Notes: a model not told the origin generated them from the sequence alone. A stretch of 64,000 bases of DNA from an uncultured Chloroflexia bacterium (GCA_963713975.1 OY970218.1:1248001-1312000), one strand, 5' to 3'. Counted from the first letter of the stretch, positions 36,166 through 46,694 are shown. Numbers and translations: made by a program.

Positions 36166-37422
36166 GTGCGGTACGGCATCAGGACGCTCGACGACGTGGA
36201 GGTGCCCGGCAGGACCGTCCTGTGCCGGGTTGACATCAACTCGCCTCTCGACCCGACGACGGGCGGCCTGGCGGACACGACACGCATTCGTGCGTGCGTG
36301 CCCACCGTCCGCGAGTTGTCCGACGCCGGCGCGCGGGTCGTGCTCCTCGCTCACCAGGGCGGAGACCTCGAGTACGAGAACTACGCGTCCACCGAGCCAC
36401 ACGCGGCAATTCTATCGTCGCTCCTCGAGCGGCCGGTCGCGTTCGTCGACGACGTGTGCGGACCCGCAGCCCGCGCCGCGATCGCGGGGCTGGCGGACGG
36501 CGATGTCCTGCTGCTGGACAACGTCCGCTTCGTCGCCGAGGAGATGACGATCTTCGAGACGAAGCTCAACCTTACGCCCGCGCAACAAGCCAAGACGCTG
36601 GTTGTGCGCAAGCTCGCGCCGCTTGCTGACCTGTACGTGTGTGACGCCTTCGCGGCCGTCCATCGCTCCCAGCCATCGCTCGTGGGCTTCGAAGAGGTGC
36701 TGCCCTCGGCGATGGGCCGGCTCTTCGAACTCGAGTACGCATCCCTGAGTCACCTGCGCGAGGATCCGGCCCGCCCCTTCGTCTTCGTGCTGGGCGGGAC
36801 CAAGGTGGACGACGCCTTCCTGATGATGCGCTCGGTGCTCGACGACGGGATCGCCGACATGGTGCTCACCGGCGGGCTCGTGGGCCAGATCATGCTGATC
36901 GCCGCTGGCGTGGACCTGGGTCGGCCGTCCACGGACTTCATCCGGGCCCGCAAGCTCTGGGGCTGGGTCGAGGAGTCGCGCGGGCTGCTCGAGCGCCACG
37001 GCACGAAGATCCTGATGCCCGCGGACGTGGCGTCTGTCCCCAGCGGGGTTCGCCGCGAGGTCGATGTCGGCAACCTCCCGATCGACGAGGTGATCCTCGA
37101 CATCGGGCACAACACGGCCGCGACCTACGCCGAGGCGATCTCGCGCGCGGGGACCGTCTTCGTGAACGGCCCGGTCGGCGTCTTCGAGCAGCCCGAGACC
37201 GCGGCAGGGACGCGCGCGGTTTGGGAGGCCATGGCCGCCGCGCCAGGCCACACGGCTCTCGGGGGAGGGGACAGCATCGCAGCGATGAACCGGTTCGGGC
37301 TTTCCGACCGCTTCGACTACGTATGTACCGCGGGGGGCGGGATGGTGCGCTTCCTGAGTGGCGAGGAGCTCCCGGTGGTAGCAGCGCTCAAGGCCGCTGC
37401 CGGCAGGCCCGCAAGGTCGTGA
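36166..37422 (+). CDS. pgk: Phosphoglycerate kinase, archaeal-like
   Basis: RVDINSP, LAHQG, DAFAAVHRSQPSLVGF, GGTK, NGPVGVFE, GGGD. Confidence 0.9.
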   Translation: MRYGIRTLDDVEVPGRTVLCRVDINSPLDPTTGGLADTTRIRACVPTVRELSDAGARVVLLAHQGGDLEYENYASTEPHAAILSSLLERPVAFVDDVCGPAARAAIAGLADGDVLLLDNVRFVAEEMTIFETKLNLTPAQQAKTLVVRKLAPLADLYVCDAFAAVHRSQPSLVGFEEVLPSAMGRLFELEYASLSHLREDPARPFVFVLGGTKVDDAFLMMRSVLDDGIADMVLTGGLVGQIMLIAAGVDLGRPSTDFIRARKLWGWVEESRGLLERHGTKILMPADVASVPSGVRREVDVGNLPIDEVILDIGHNTAATYAEAISRAGTVFVNGPVGVFEQPETAAGTRAVWEAMAAAPGHTALGGGDSIAAMNRFGLSDRFDYVCTAGGGMVRFLSGEELPVVAALKAAAGRPARS

Positions 37423-37467
37423 CGATGCGTCCGGGTTGCGAAGAGAATCCCGTCCCGATTGCGGGAA

Positions 37468-37501
37468 GATGTTTGACATCGGGCGAAAGATGTGCTATCG
37501 T
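37468..37501 (+). promoter_or_regulatory. Sigma70-type promoter with a palindrome over -35
   Basis: TTGACA(37473)-N17-TATCGT with an extended TG; GATGT-N3-ACATC palindrome. Confidence 0.7.
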
Positions 37502-37671
37502 CCACATTCAGGTGTTAGATTTGCACACAAGTCGTATCTTGAGCGACGCCATGAGGCCTCGAACGAGCCGCTCCGACATCACCGGCCAGGGGGCGGCCCG
37601 GGAGACCGATTCAATGCCGGGTGGCAGGTCCAGCGCAACCTCGAATGTGGTCTCCTTCCTGGAGCCGTGAT

Positions 37672-38403
37672 GTGAGCCAACTCGAAACCCTCTCCGGCCT
37701 TGTCCGCGGCGCAACCGTCGTCGACCTGGCCCCGACGATCGAGAACGGGATGCCGCTGTGGCCGACGCATCCGCCCCTCGTGGTCCATGCGACGCGGACG
37801 CACGAGCGGGACGGCTACTTCTGCCAGACCGTGTTCATGGCCGAGCACACCGGCGCTCACATCGACGTGCCTTCGCACATCCACCCCTCGATGATGGACC
37901 ACACCGTGGACGTGATCCCGGTGGACACCCTCGTGGCCCCGGCCAGTGTCTTCGACCTCAAGCCGCTGGCGCTCCAGCCGGGCGATCTCGTTGATGCATC
38001 CGAACTCGCGCGGGTCGATGCCGCCAATCCAGCCCCGCTCGGTGGGGGCGACATCGCGCTGCTCGACTACGGCTGGCAGCCGCGCTTCAAGGTAGGAGCG
38101 GGCTGGCGGGAGTTCTCTGAGAACTCGCCCGGCCTGACCGAGGATGCGGTGCTCTGGCTCAAAGACCGCGGTGTCCGGGCCGTCGGCGCCGACACGGTCG
38201 CGTGCGACCAGCCGATCAAGGACGGGAAGGTCACGCAGAAGTCGTACGGCCACGACGACCACTGGCTCCCCAACGGGATCTTCATCCTGGAGAACCTGGT
38301 CAACCTCGACAAGCTCCCCGGTCGCGTCTACTTCATCGCACTGCCCCTCAAGATCAAGGGTGGCTCGGGTTCGCCCCTGCGACCGATCGCCCTGGTCCTG
38401 TGA
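37672..38403 (+). CDS. Cyclase (kynurenine formamidase-like) family metal hydrolase
   Basis: EHTGAHIDVPSH, ILENLVNL, GSGSPLR. Confidence 0.92.
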   Translation: MSQLETLSGLVRGATVVDLAPTIENGMPLWPTHPPLVVHATRTHERDGYFCQTVFMAEHTGAHIDVPSHIHPSMMDHTVDVIPVDTLVAPASVFDLKPLALQPGDLVDASELARVDAANPAPLGGGDIALLDYGWQPRFKVGAGWREFSENSPGLTEDAVLWLKDRGVRAVGADTVACDQPIKDGKVTQKSYGHDDHWLPNGIFILENLVNLDKLPGRVYFIALPLKIKGGSGSPLRPIALVL

Positions 38404-38488
38404 GCAGGCCCGTGGGAAGCAGCCGAACCATCCCGCACGTCATGCTGGCCACGCTCGTGGTCTGTGCTGGGCAACAGCAGGTGAACCG

Positions 38489-39505
38489 GTGAAAGCACTC
38501 CGGTTCCACGGCCCAAACGACCTCCGCCTAGAGGAACTTCCGCTCCCGGTGCCGGGTCCCGGCGAGGTCCGGATCCGACCTGCGGCCGTCGGCATCTGCG
38601 GAACGGACGTGCACATCCTGGACGGCACGTTCGCGTCGCGCCCGCCGATGACCCTGGGCCACGAGGTTGCGGGCTTCGTCGACGCCGTTGGCGTAGGTGT
38701 CCGCAACACCCGTGAGGGCGACCTCATCACCGTCGAGCCGCACCGCTATTGCGGCGTCTGCCGCTACTGCCGGCTGGGTCGTGAGCACCTGTGCCTGAAC
38801 AAGGAAGCGTACGGCGTCCACCTCGACGGCGGCATGGCCGAATGCCAGGTGATCCCGGAGCGCATCGCCTATCGCCTGCCTGACGGCATGGATCCGAAAG
38901 TCGGCGCACTGGCCGAGCCCCTCTCGTGCGTCGTGCATGCGATGGATCGTCTCCATGCCACCTCGGGGACGTCTGTGGTCATCTTCGGGGCCGGACCGGC
39001 GGGGCTCATTCTCGTGACGCTCTGTCGCCTCGCTGGTCTCGTGCCGATCGTGGTCGTCGAGCCAGACGCGGCTCGGCGCGCCGCAGCCATCGCCTTCGGA
39101 GCACATGGCACGGTTGATCCGAGTACTGACAGCTGGGTGGAGGACGCCCAGAGCCTCGTTGGCGGGGCGGGCTTCGACTCAGTGATCGAGGCCGTTGGAT
39201 CACCGCGAGTCCTGGAGTCCGCGATCCCCCTCGCTGCGCGCGGCGGGACCGTCCTGGTCTTCGGCGTGGCGAACCCCGATGCCACCGCGGTGATCAAGCC
39301 ACAGGAGGTGTTCGCGAAGGAGCTGACCATTCTGGGGACCGTCATCAACCCGTACACCCATCACCGCGCCGTAGAGCTGCTTCCCGGGCTGGGGCTTGAC
39401 CGATTAGGGATCAGGTCGTTCCCGCTGGACGCGCACGCCGAGGCGTTCGAGGCGCATCACAAGCGAGTCGCCGGCAAGGTGCAGTTCGCGCCCCAGGGCT
39501 CGTAA
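38489..39505 (+). CDS. Zinc-dependent alcohol/polyol dehydrogenase
   Basis: GICGTDVH, LGHE, CGVCRYC...C, GAGPAG. Confidence 0.93.
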   Translation: MKALRFHGPNDLRLEELPLPVPGPGEVRIRPAAVGICGTDVHILDGTFASRPPMTLGHEVAGFVDAVGVGVRNTREGDLITVEPHRYCGVCRYCRLGREHLCLNKEAYGVHLDGGMAECQVIPERIAYRLPDGMDPKVGALAEPLSCVVHAMDRLHATSGTSVVIFGAGPAGLILVTLCRLAGLVPIVVVEPDAARRAAAIAFGAHGTVDPSTDSWVEDAQSLVGGAGFDSVIEAVGSPRVLESAIPLAARGGTVLVFGVANPDATAVIKPQEVFAKELTILGTVINPYTHHRAVELLPGLGLDRLGIRSFPLDAHAEAFEAHHKRVAGKVQFAPQGS

Positions 39506-39558
39506 GGCCGCGGGCTACCCCGCTGGACAACCCAAGTCTGCGAACAATGGAGGAGATC

Positions 39559-40560
39559 ATGACGTTCATCCAGAGCCGGACACGGGTCATCGGACTCGTG
39601 GCGGCCAGTGCCATTCTGCTGTCGGCCTGCGGCAGTGCCGCGTCCAGCCCGGCAGCCTCCGCCGCCCCGGCATCGGCGGCCGCGAAGGCCTTCAACGTCG
39701 GCATCGTCGCGTTCGACAGCACCTCGCCGATCGACGCGATCTTCGCGAACAGCACCAAGGCCAAGCTCGAGGCGCTTGGCAACACGACGCTGATGCAGGA
39801 TCCGAAGGGCGATCCGGGCCAGGCCAACACGATCTGCACCCAGTACGTCACCGCCAAGGTCGACGCGATCATCGTGACCGTCTTTGCGCAGGACCAGATG
39901 GCCCAGTGCAATGCCGGGGCCAAGGAAGCCGGTATCCCGGTGTTCTACCTCGGCACGCCGCTTCTCGACGGCATGGCGGGCGCCGTGTCGTTCGTGTCCG
40001 CAAAGCCGGTCAACGACGTCTTCATCAAGTACGTCGTCGACAATAAGGTCACCGACATCCTCGCCCTCGACTACTCGCCGGGCACTCCGTGCCGCCTCCG
40101 GGCGGAGTACCGCACCGAGCTCCTCGCTGCGCAGGCACCGGACGTCAAGGTCAGCAAGCACGAGTTCCCGATCCCGGGCCAGACCGTCGACGCGCAGAAC
40201 GCGACGGCGGCGTGGCTGGCCGCACACCCCGAAGGCGCTGGCAAGTACGCCATCTGGGCCTGCTTCGCCGACCCGACCGCAGGAGCCGGCGCGGCACTGA
40301 ATCAGGTCGGCCGGACAGACGTGCCGATCTTCACCTGGGACTTCAACAAGACGATCATGCCCGCCATCCAGTCGGGCCAGATCGCTGCTGACGCTTACCT
40401 CAACGCGACCGAGGTCGGTAACACGGGCGCCCAGATGGTCCAGGACTACCTGAACGGCGACAAGACCCCCAAGGGCGTGGACGCGCCGACCGTCATCCTC
40501 GACAAGACCAATGTCGACCAGTTCGTCAAGGATCATCCCGAGGCCCTCGGGACCGAGTAG
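39559..40560 (+). CDS. Sugar ABC transporter substrate-binding lipoprotein
   Basis: Lipobox LSAC, Ala/Ser linker, RbsB-like pattern; precedes the ATPase and permease genes. Confidence 0.88.
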   Translation: MTFIQSRTRVIGLVAASAILLSACGSAASSPAASAAPASAAAKAFNVGIVAFDSTSPIDAIFANSTKAKLEALGNTTLMQDPKGDPGQANTICTQYVTAKVDAIIVTVFAQDQMAQCNAGAKEAGIPVFYLGTPLLDGMAGAVSFVSAKPVNDVFIKYVVDNKVTDILALDYSPGTPCRLRAEYRTELLAAQAPDVKVSKHEFPIPGQTVDAQNATAAWLAAHPEGAGKYAIWACFADPTAGAGAALNQVGRTDVPIFTWDFNKTIMPAIQSGQIAADAYLNATEVGNTGAQMVQDYLNGDKTPKGVDAPTVILDKTNVDQFVKDHPEALGTE

Positions 40561-40586
40561 CCCGTTCACTCGCCTCTGGTGAGACA

Positions 40587-40620
40587 CTCGGCCCGGTCGG
40601 CGTGAGCCGGCCGGGTCGAG
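40587..40620 (+). other. 15-bp stem-loop with GTGA loop after the SBP gene
   Basis: CTCGGCCCGGTCGGC-GTGA-GCCGGCCGGGTCGAG, no U-tract; likely an mRNA stability or attenuation hairpin. Confidence 0.6.
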
Positions 40621-40675
40621 CCCTCAGTCGACCCCCCACATCGTCGGCAGGTAGTGGCTGAAGCAGAGGACAACC

Positions 40676-42253
40676 GTGGATCTGACCGCAACCGCCACAG
40701 GACAGCCCGCCGCGTCATCAGTCGCTTCCGTCCCGACCCTGATCGAGGCGCGTGACATCTGTCGATCATTCGGCGCGCTGAAGGCGCTGACGGACGTCTC
40801 CTTGACCTTCGCGCGTGGGGAGGTTCATGGCCTCGTCGGTCCCAACGGGGCTGGCAAGTCGACCTTCCTCAACATCGTCGGTGGAATCATCGAGCCGACG
40901 AGTGGCACGATCCTCGTCGACGGCGCCGCAACGGAGATACGAGGCCCGGCAGCCGCGACCGCGCTCGGATTCTCCTTCATCCCTCAGGAACTGTCGCTCG
41001 TTCCTGCCTTCTCGGCGATCGACAACATCACGCTCGGCCTTCGGTCGGTCTCGAAGGCCGGCTTCGTCGACAGAGCGAGTCGTGACCGCATCGCCCGTCG
41101 TGCCGCTGAGCGCGTGGGGATCACCTTCGACCTCCGCAGGCCTGTCCGCGACTTGAGTCCCGCCGAGCGCGGCCTCGTTGCGATCGGGCACGCGCTTGCG
41201 CACGACATGCGCTTCATCTCGATGGACGAGCCCACAGCGTCCTTGTCCGACGTCGAATGCCAGCGGCTCTTCCAGGTTGTCCGGGAGCTTGCTCGCGACG
41301 GCGTGACGGTCGCCTATGTCAGTCATCGCCTCGCGGAAATCGAGGAACTGTGCGATCGCGTCACCGTGTTCCGCGATGGTCGCGTGGTCGGCCGCTTCGA
41401 CCGCGGTGCCTACACACGCGCCGATCTCCTGAAAGGCATCACGGGCAATGAGGCCGGACTGCAGCAGCTCGAGTCGTCGATGCCCGCCGTTGCGGCAACG
41501 AGCCAGGTGCTGTTCTCCGCCGACAAGCTCTCGGACGGCAAGCGCGTCAAGGACGTCTCCTTCGACTGCCGGGCAGGCGAGATCGTCGGGCTCGGCGGCC
41601 TTGTGGGGTCCGGGCGGACCGAAGTGCTCAAGCTCGTCTTCGGGGAAGTGAAGCTGGCGGCCGGGTCGATGACACTCGAGGGGCACGAGCACAGGCCCCA
41701 GAGTGTCGAGGCCGCCGTCGACGCAGGGATCGCTCTCGTTCCTGAGGAGCGCCGATCACAGGGGCTCCTCATGGAGGACTCCATTGCCAACAACATGACG
41801 CTCGGCAACTGGGGCTCGATGCGCTCGCGTCCGCCCTTGCCCATCATCTCGGAGGGTCGGCCGCGCAATGTCGCACGCCACATGATCGAGACGCTCAGCA
41901 TCAAGACCAAGGGAGTCGACGAGCCGGTGCGTCGGCTGTCGGGCGGCAACCAGCAGAAGGTGGTCTTCGGCCGCTGGCTCTCACGCAACTCCCGGCTCCT
42001 CCTCCTCGATGAGCCGACCCGTGGTGTCGATGTTGGGGCCAGACAGCAGATCTGGGCAACCGTCGAGAAGCTGGCGGCAGATGGCAAGGGCGTCGTGGTG
42101 GTGAGTTCTGAACTCAGCGAGCTCGCCCTCTGCCATCGCGTCTTCGTGATGGTTGAAGGCCGAACGGTGGCCGAACTCCAGGGCCCCGGCGTCACCGAGG
42201 AGCAGGTCCTCGCCGTGACCTATCGCAACCTGCAGCAGCAAGAGGCCGAGTAA
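40676..42253 (+). CDS. Sugar ABC transporter ATP-binding protein (RbsA-like)
   Basis: GPNGAGKST, DEPT, LSGGNQQK, DEPTRGVDVGA. Confidence 0.95.
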   Translation: MDLTATATGQPAASSVASVPTLIEARDICRSFGALKALTDVSLTFARGEVHGLVGPNGAGKSTFLNIVGGIIEPTSGTILVDGAATEIRGPAAATALGFSFIPQELSLVPAFSAIDNITLGLRSVSKAGFVDRASRDRIARRAAERVGITFDLRRPVRDLSPAERGLVAIGHALAHDMRFISMDEPTASLSDVECQRLFQVVRELARDGVTVAYVSHRLAEIEELCDRVTVFRDGRVVGRFDRGAYTRADLLKGITGNEAGLQQLESSMPAVAATSQVLFSADKLSDGKRVKDVSFDCRAGEIVGLGGLVGSGRTEVLKLVFGEVKLAAGSMTLEGHEHRPQSVEAAVDAGIALVPEERRSQGLLMEDSIANNMTLGNWGSMRSRPPLPIISEGRPRNVARHMIETLSIKTKGVDEPVRRLSGGNQQKVVFGRWLSRNSRLLLLDEPTRGVDVGARQQIWATVEKLAADGKGVVVVSSELSELALCHRVFVMVEGRTVAELQGPGVTEEQVLAVTYRNLQQQEAE

Positions 42254-43260
42254 TGCAGTCCGCAGCGCCGAGCAACCCGGCCCGGGAGGAGTCCACGCCG
42301 AGGACGCTGACCCGAACCGTGACGGTCATCGTCGGCAAGTACGGCTCGTTGATCGTCCTCGGGCTCCTCTTCACATACTTCTCCCTCACGGCCAACTACT
42401 TCCTGACCTGGGGCAACTTCGTCCAGATCTTCAACCAGGCCGCCCTCACCGCCATCATCGCCTGCGGTCTCACGATGGTCCTTGCGGCCGGCCAATTCGA
42501 CCTGAGCATCGGCAACAACGCCAGCATGTGCGGGATCGTCGTGTCGGTCTTGATGATCAACGGCTTCCCGATCCCGGTGGCGATCGCGGTGGCGATCGTC
42601 GTGGGCATCGCGATTGGCCTGTGCAATGCGTTCCTCGTGACGAAGATCGGCGTGAACGCCCTCGTCGCGACGCTCGGCGTCGGGAGCGCCGTCGTCGGCA
42701 TCAACTACTTCATTTCCGGCGGCTCAGCACAGCCCTTCGGGTCCGTGGCCCCCGAGTACTCAATGATCTCGGTTGGCAACTGGCTCAGCGTGCCCCGCAA
42801 CGTGTACTACATGGCGGGCGTCGCGATCGTCCTTTGGATTGTCCTCAACCGCACGGTCCTCGGCCGGAACATCCAGGCGGTCGGCGGCAATGCCGAGGCG
42901 GCACGCCTCGCGGGTGTCAACGTCAACCGCGTCACCAGTGCGTCATTCGTTCTCGCTGGCATCTGTGCGTCGATCACCGGGATCCTGCTTGCCGCCGTTG
43001 TGGGAAGCGGTCAGCCGGTGGGGGGTGACGGGTTCACGCTGCAGGCGTTCGCTGCCGCCTTCCTCGGCACGGCCGTGATGAAGGAGGGACAGTTCCACAT
43101 CATCGGCACGATCGTCGGTGTCCTAACGGTGACGGTCGGGTTCAATGGCCTCGCCCTGACGGGCGTGCCCTCGTACTTCCAGTTCTTCTTCCAGGGCGTC
43201 CTTCTCATTGCCGCCGTCTCGTTCAGCACGCTTGCCCAGAAGCGCTCGAAGGCGAGCTGA
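42253..43260 (+). CDS. Sugar ABC transporter permease (RbsC-like)
   Basis: FDLSIG, AVGGNAEAARLAGV, multiple TM segments. Confidence 0.95.
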   Translation: MQSAAPSNPAREESTPRTLTRTVTVIVGKYGSLIVLGLLFTYFSLTANYFLTWGNFVQIFNQAALTAIIACGLTMVLAAGQFDLSIGNNASMCGIVVSVLMINGFPIPVAIAVAIVVGIAIGLCNAFLVTKIGVNALVATLGVGSAVVGINYFISGGSAQPFGSVAPEYSMISVGNWLSVPRNVYYMAGVAIVLWIVLNRTVLGRNIQAVGGNAEAARLAGVNVNRVTSASFVLAGICASITGILLAAVVGSGQPVGGDGFTLQAFAAAFLGTAVMKEGQFHIIGTIVGVLTVTVGFNGLALTGVPSYFQFFFQGVLLIAAVSFSTLAQKRSKAS

Positions 43261-43290
43261 GCACACGCCCCAGGAGAGGAAGTCATCGCC

Positions 43291-44265
43291 ATGACCGACG
43301 CGCCGCGCCCGACGACGATTGCCGAGCTGTTCGGACCGAATCCACCGTCGAACTGGGGGAAGTGGGGCCCTGACGATGAGGTCGGGAGTCTCAACTACCT
43401 GGATGCTGCCCAGGTCGTCCGGGGCGTCGGCGCCGTCCACACCGGCGAGGTCTTCACCCTCCAGGTGCAGATCGGGTCGGAGCGCTCCGCGACCGATCCT
43501 GTCTGGCCAAACCGCACATCGGCTGTGCGCACCCCGGTCATGGACGAGGGCTACTTCCAGCGGGGCGAGGTCCCTGAGCCGCGTGGTGGCCACCACTACG
43601 CAGACGACAGGATCGACATGTTCCTCCAGGGATCGACGCAGTACGACGCGCTCGGCCACCTCTGGTACGACGGCAAGATCTGGAACGGCTACGACGCCGC
43701 GACAACCATCGGAAGCCTCAAGAAGGCATCGGTGCTGCCGCTCGCGGAGCGCGGCATCGTCGGGCGCGGGATCCTGATCGACGTCGCCCGCCATCGCGGG
43801 AAGCGATGGCTGGATCGAGCCGAGCCGTTCACGCACCTGGACCTCCTTGACGCCGCCCGCGCCCAGGGCTGCGAGATCGAGAAGCGCGACATCCTCCTCG
43901 TGCGAACCGGCTGGATGGGACGGTTCTACGAGGTGTCGGCGAGCGAGTTCTACGAGGACTGGAACGAGCCGGGCCTCGCCTACAGCCGGGAGCTCGTGGA
44001 GTGGTTCCAGGCCATGGAGATCCCGAACCTCGTGACCGACACGGTCGCCAATGAGCAGAGCTTCGATCCCGAGACGGGCATCGAGATGCGTCTGCACTGC
44101 GCGTTGATGCGGAACCTCGGCATCGCGATGACCGAGGTCTGCTGGCTCGATGATCTCGCCGAAGCGTGTGCCCGGGACGGGCGGTGGACGTTCCTTTACA
44201 CCGCGGCGCCCCTCAAGGTCGTCGGGGCGAGCGGCTCGCCCGTGAACCCCGTCGTGATCCGGTGA
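43291..44265 (+). CDS. Cyclase family protein (QxSTQxD variant)
   Basis: NWGKWGPDDEVGSLN, QGSTQYDALGH, GSPVNP. Confidence 0.88.
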   Translation: MTDAPRPTTIAELFGPNPPSNWGKWGPDDEVGSLNYLDAAQVVRGVGAVHTGEVFTLQVQIGSERSATDPVWPNRTSAVRTPVMDEGYFQRGEVPEPRGGHHYADDRIDMFLQGSTQYDALGHLWYDGKIWNGYDAATTIGSLKKASVLPLAERGIVGRGILIDVARHRGKRWLDRAEPFTHLDLLDAARAQGCEIEKRDILLVRTGWMGRFYEVSASEFYEDWNEPGLAYSRELVEWFQAMEIPNLVTDTVANEQSFDPETGIEMRLHCALMRNLGIAMTEVCWLDDLAEACARDGRWTFLYTAAPLKVVGASGSPVNPVVIR

Positions 44266-44302
44266 CGGGTCCGTCAACACGCCGCGCCGGCGGCCCATCT
44301 CG

Positions 44303-45412
44303 ATGAGCGTCCCCCGGAGGCGAGTCCTGGTGCTCGGCGCGACCGGTGGTGTGGGCCAGGAGGCCACGGACCGGTTCCTCCGCGACGAGGCATTCGACGT
44401 CGTCGCCGTGTCGCGTCGGCGCCCCGAGGTGCAGGGGCGCGAGGGCTACGCGCACGCGAGCGTGGATCTCCGCGACGGCGACGCCGTCCGGACCGCGATC
44501 CGCGACGCCGGTCCCATCAGCCACGTCGTCTACGCCGCCCTGTTCGAGAAGGATGACCTCATCGCGGGCTGGGTTGATGAGGAGCAGATCGGCACCAACC
44601 GGCTGATGTTCGCCAACGTCCTCGACGCCCTCATCGCCTCTAGGCAACCGGTACGGCACTTCTCGATCCTGCAGGGCACGAAGGCATACGGCTACCACCT
44701 CGGACGGATGCGGATCCCCGGGAAGGAGTCGCAGCCGCGGGTCGACCACGGCAACTTCTACTGGGCGCAGGAGGACCTCCTGGTGGCGGCGGCGCGCTCG
44801 ATGGGCGCAGCCTTCACGATCTTCCGTCCCCAGTTCATATTCAGCGGTGCCCTCGGGGCGGCCATGAACCTGGTTCCCGCCATCGGCATCTACGGCGCCC
44901 TGTGCCGGGAGCTCGGGCGGCCGTTCTCGTTTACCGGCGGGGCGTCGTACGTCGCCGAGGCCGTCGACGCCCGGCTGCTCGCGAACGCGCTCCACTGGGC
45001 AGCCGACGCCACCGCCGCGGTCGATCAGACCTTCAATATCACCAACGGCGACGTGTTCGAGTGGCGCGACCTCTGGCCGTCGTTCGCCCGGGCCCTCGAC
45101 GTGGAGCCGGGTCCCGACCAGCCGATGTCGCTCGCGACCTGGCTGCCCCAACAGGATGCCGCTTGGGGTCGCATCGTCGATCGCCATGGACTCCGCCCGC
45201 TCGCCCTGATGCAGATCCTCGGGCTCGGGCACCACTATGCGGACGATGCCTTCGCCTTCACTGCAGACGGCTCGCCCCTCGAGAGTCGATCGCGTCCGGT
45301 CCTCCTGAGCACCGTCAAGCTACGCCAAGCCGGCTTCGGGGAATGCGTCGACACCGAGCAGATGTTCGCGAGCTGGTTCGCGCACTTCAAGACGGAGCGC
45401 GTCCTCCCCTGA
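44303..45412 (+). CDS. SDR oxidoreductase, PRISE/progesterone 5-beta-reductase-like
   Basis: GATGGVG, QGTKAYG, NFYWAQED, FNITNGD. Confidence 0.88.
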   Translation: MSVPRRRVLVLGATGGVGQEATDRFLRDEAFDVVAVSRRRPEVQGREGYAHASVDLRDGDAVRTAIRDAGPISHVVYAALFEKDDLIAGWVDEEQIGTNRLMFANVLDALIASRQPVRHFSILQGTKAYGYHLGRMRIPGKESQPRVDHGNFYWAQEDLLVAAARSMGAAFTIFRPQFIFSGALGAAMNLVPAIGIYGALCRELGRPFSFTGGASYVAEAVDARLLANALHWAADATAAVDQTFNITNGDVFEWRDLWPSFARALDVEPGPDQPMSLATWLPQQDAAWGRIVDRHGLRPLALMQILGLGHHYADDAFAFTADGSPLESRSRPVLLSTVKLRQAGFGECVDTEQMFASWFAHFKTERVLP

Positions 45413-45501
45413 CCACCACCACGCAGCCGCGCCGGGTCGCCCGCGGCCTGCCCGATCGTTCACGAACCGACAGCGGCCGGTTGGCCGCGACAAGGAGCAC
45501 C

Positions 45502-46632
45502 ATGTCTGAGAGCCTGCTGCGAGACCTCGCGGCCCTCGGCGTCGCCGTCAGCTACGACAACATCGGCCGGGACCTGATTCTCTCGGGGCGGCTCGCGCGC
45601 CTGATCCGTGAGGACGGCATCGCGGGCGAGACTGCGAACCCGATCATCTACGAGAAGGCTGTCTCGACGACCAGCGCCTACGACGCCGAGATCGCCGAGC
45701 TCGCCCTCGCCGGGCTGACGCCCGAGCAGATCGTGATGGAGCTATGGGCGCACGACGTCCAGATGGCGTGCGACGTCTTCCGGCCGGTCTGGGAGTCGAC
45801 CGACCACATCGACGGATACGTCAGCCTGGAGCTCCCGCCGCACCTCGCGCATGACGCCCACGGGACCATCGAGGCGGCCCGCACGGTCCGCCGAAGGGTC
45901 GACCGCCCCAACCTGGCCCTCAAGATCCCGTCCACCCCGGAGTCGTTTGTCGCCATCGAGGAGTGCGTCGTCGAGGGCGTGAACGTGAACGCAACCGTGA
46001 TCTTCTCGCTCGAGACCTATGAGCAGGTGATCCAGGCGTACCGCCGCGGTCTGGAGCGCCGCCATGCCGCCGGTCTATCGCTCGATCTCCAGTCGTTCGC
46101 GTCGGTGTTCCTCAGCCGCTACGACGCCCCGGTGGACGCCCTGCTCGTCGAGCGCATTCGTGCGTCGTCCAATCCCGCCGAGATCGCTCAGCTCAAGAGC
46201 GTGATGGGCGAGGTCAGCCTCGCGAACGCATGGATGGTCGTGCGCCGGTTCCGGGCGTTCTTCGACGGCCCGGAGTTTGCGACTTTGCGGGTCGCGGGGG
46301 CGCGCGTCCAGCGACCCTTGTGGGCCGGCGTCGTCGCCCGCAACAGCCGCTATGGCGACGTGAAGTACATGGAGGGCGTCGCGATCCCCGGCACCGCCAT
46401 CACGGCGTCGGATGCGCCGGTCGATGGCGTCCGCATGCATGGTGTCCCGCTGGCGGCAGAGGACGACGGGTCGGCTGACGTCGTGTTCGCGACCTGCGAG
46501 GTGCTCGGCATCGATATCGCTCGAATCGCCCTCGACATGGAGCAGGCGGTCGTCACGGCCTTCGTCACGGCCTTCGACGAGCTCGTCGAAGGCGTTGCCC
46601 GCAAGGCCGCCCAGACGCCAGCCGGGGTGTAG
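45502..46632 (+). CDS. Second transaldolase family protein (divergent)
   Basis: GETANP, VSLELPP, NLALKIPST, VNATVIFS, QRPLWAG; AAGGAG RBS. Confidence 0.85.
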   Translation: MSESLLRDLAALGVAVSYDNIGRDLILSGRLARLIREDGIAGETANPIIYEKAVSTTSAYDAEIAELALAGLTPEQIVMELWAHDVQMACDVFRPVWESTDHIDGYVSLELPPHLAHDAHGTIEAARTVRRRVDRPNLALKIPSTPESFVAIEECVVEGVNVNATVIFSLETYEQVIQAYRRGLERRHAAGLSLDLQSFASVFLSRYDAPVDALLVERIRASSNPAEIAQLKSVMGEVSLANAWMVVRRFRAFFDGPEFATLRVAGARVQRPLWAGVVARNSRYGDVKYMEGVAIPGTAITASDAPVDGVRMHGVPLAAEDDGSADVVFATCEVLGIDIARIALDMEQAVVTAFVTAFDELVEGVARKAAQTPAGV

Positions 46633-46694
46633 CGCTCAGGTCGCGCCTCGGTCGCTCCGGGTCGGCGCGGCGCATCGTCGGGACCGTCCGGGGG

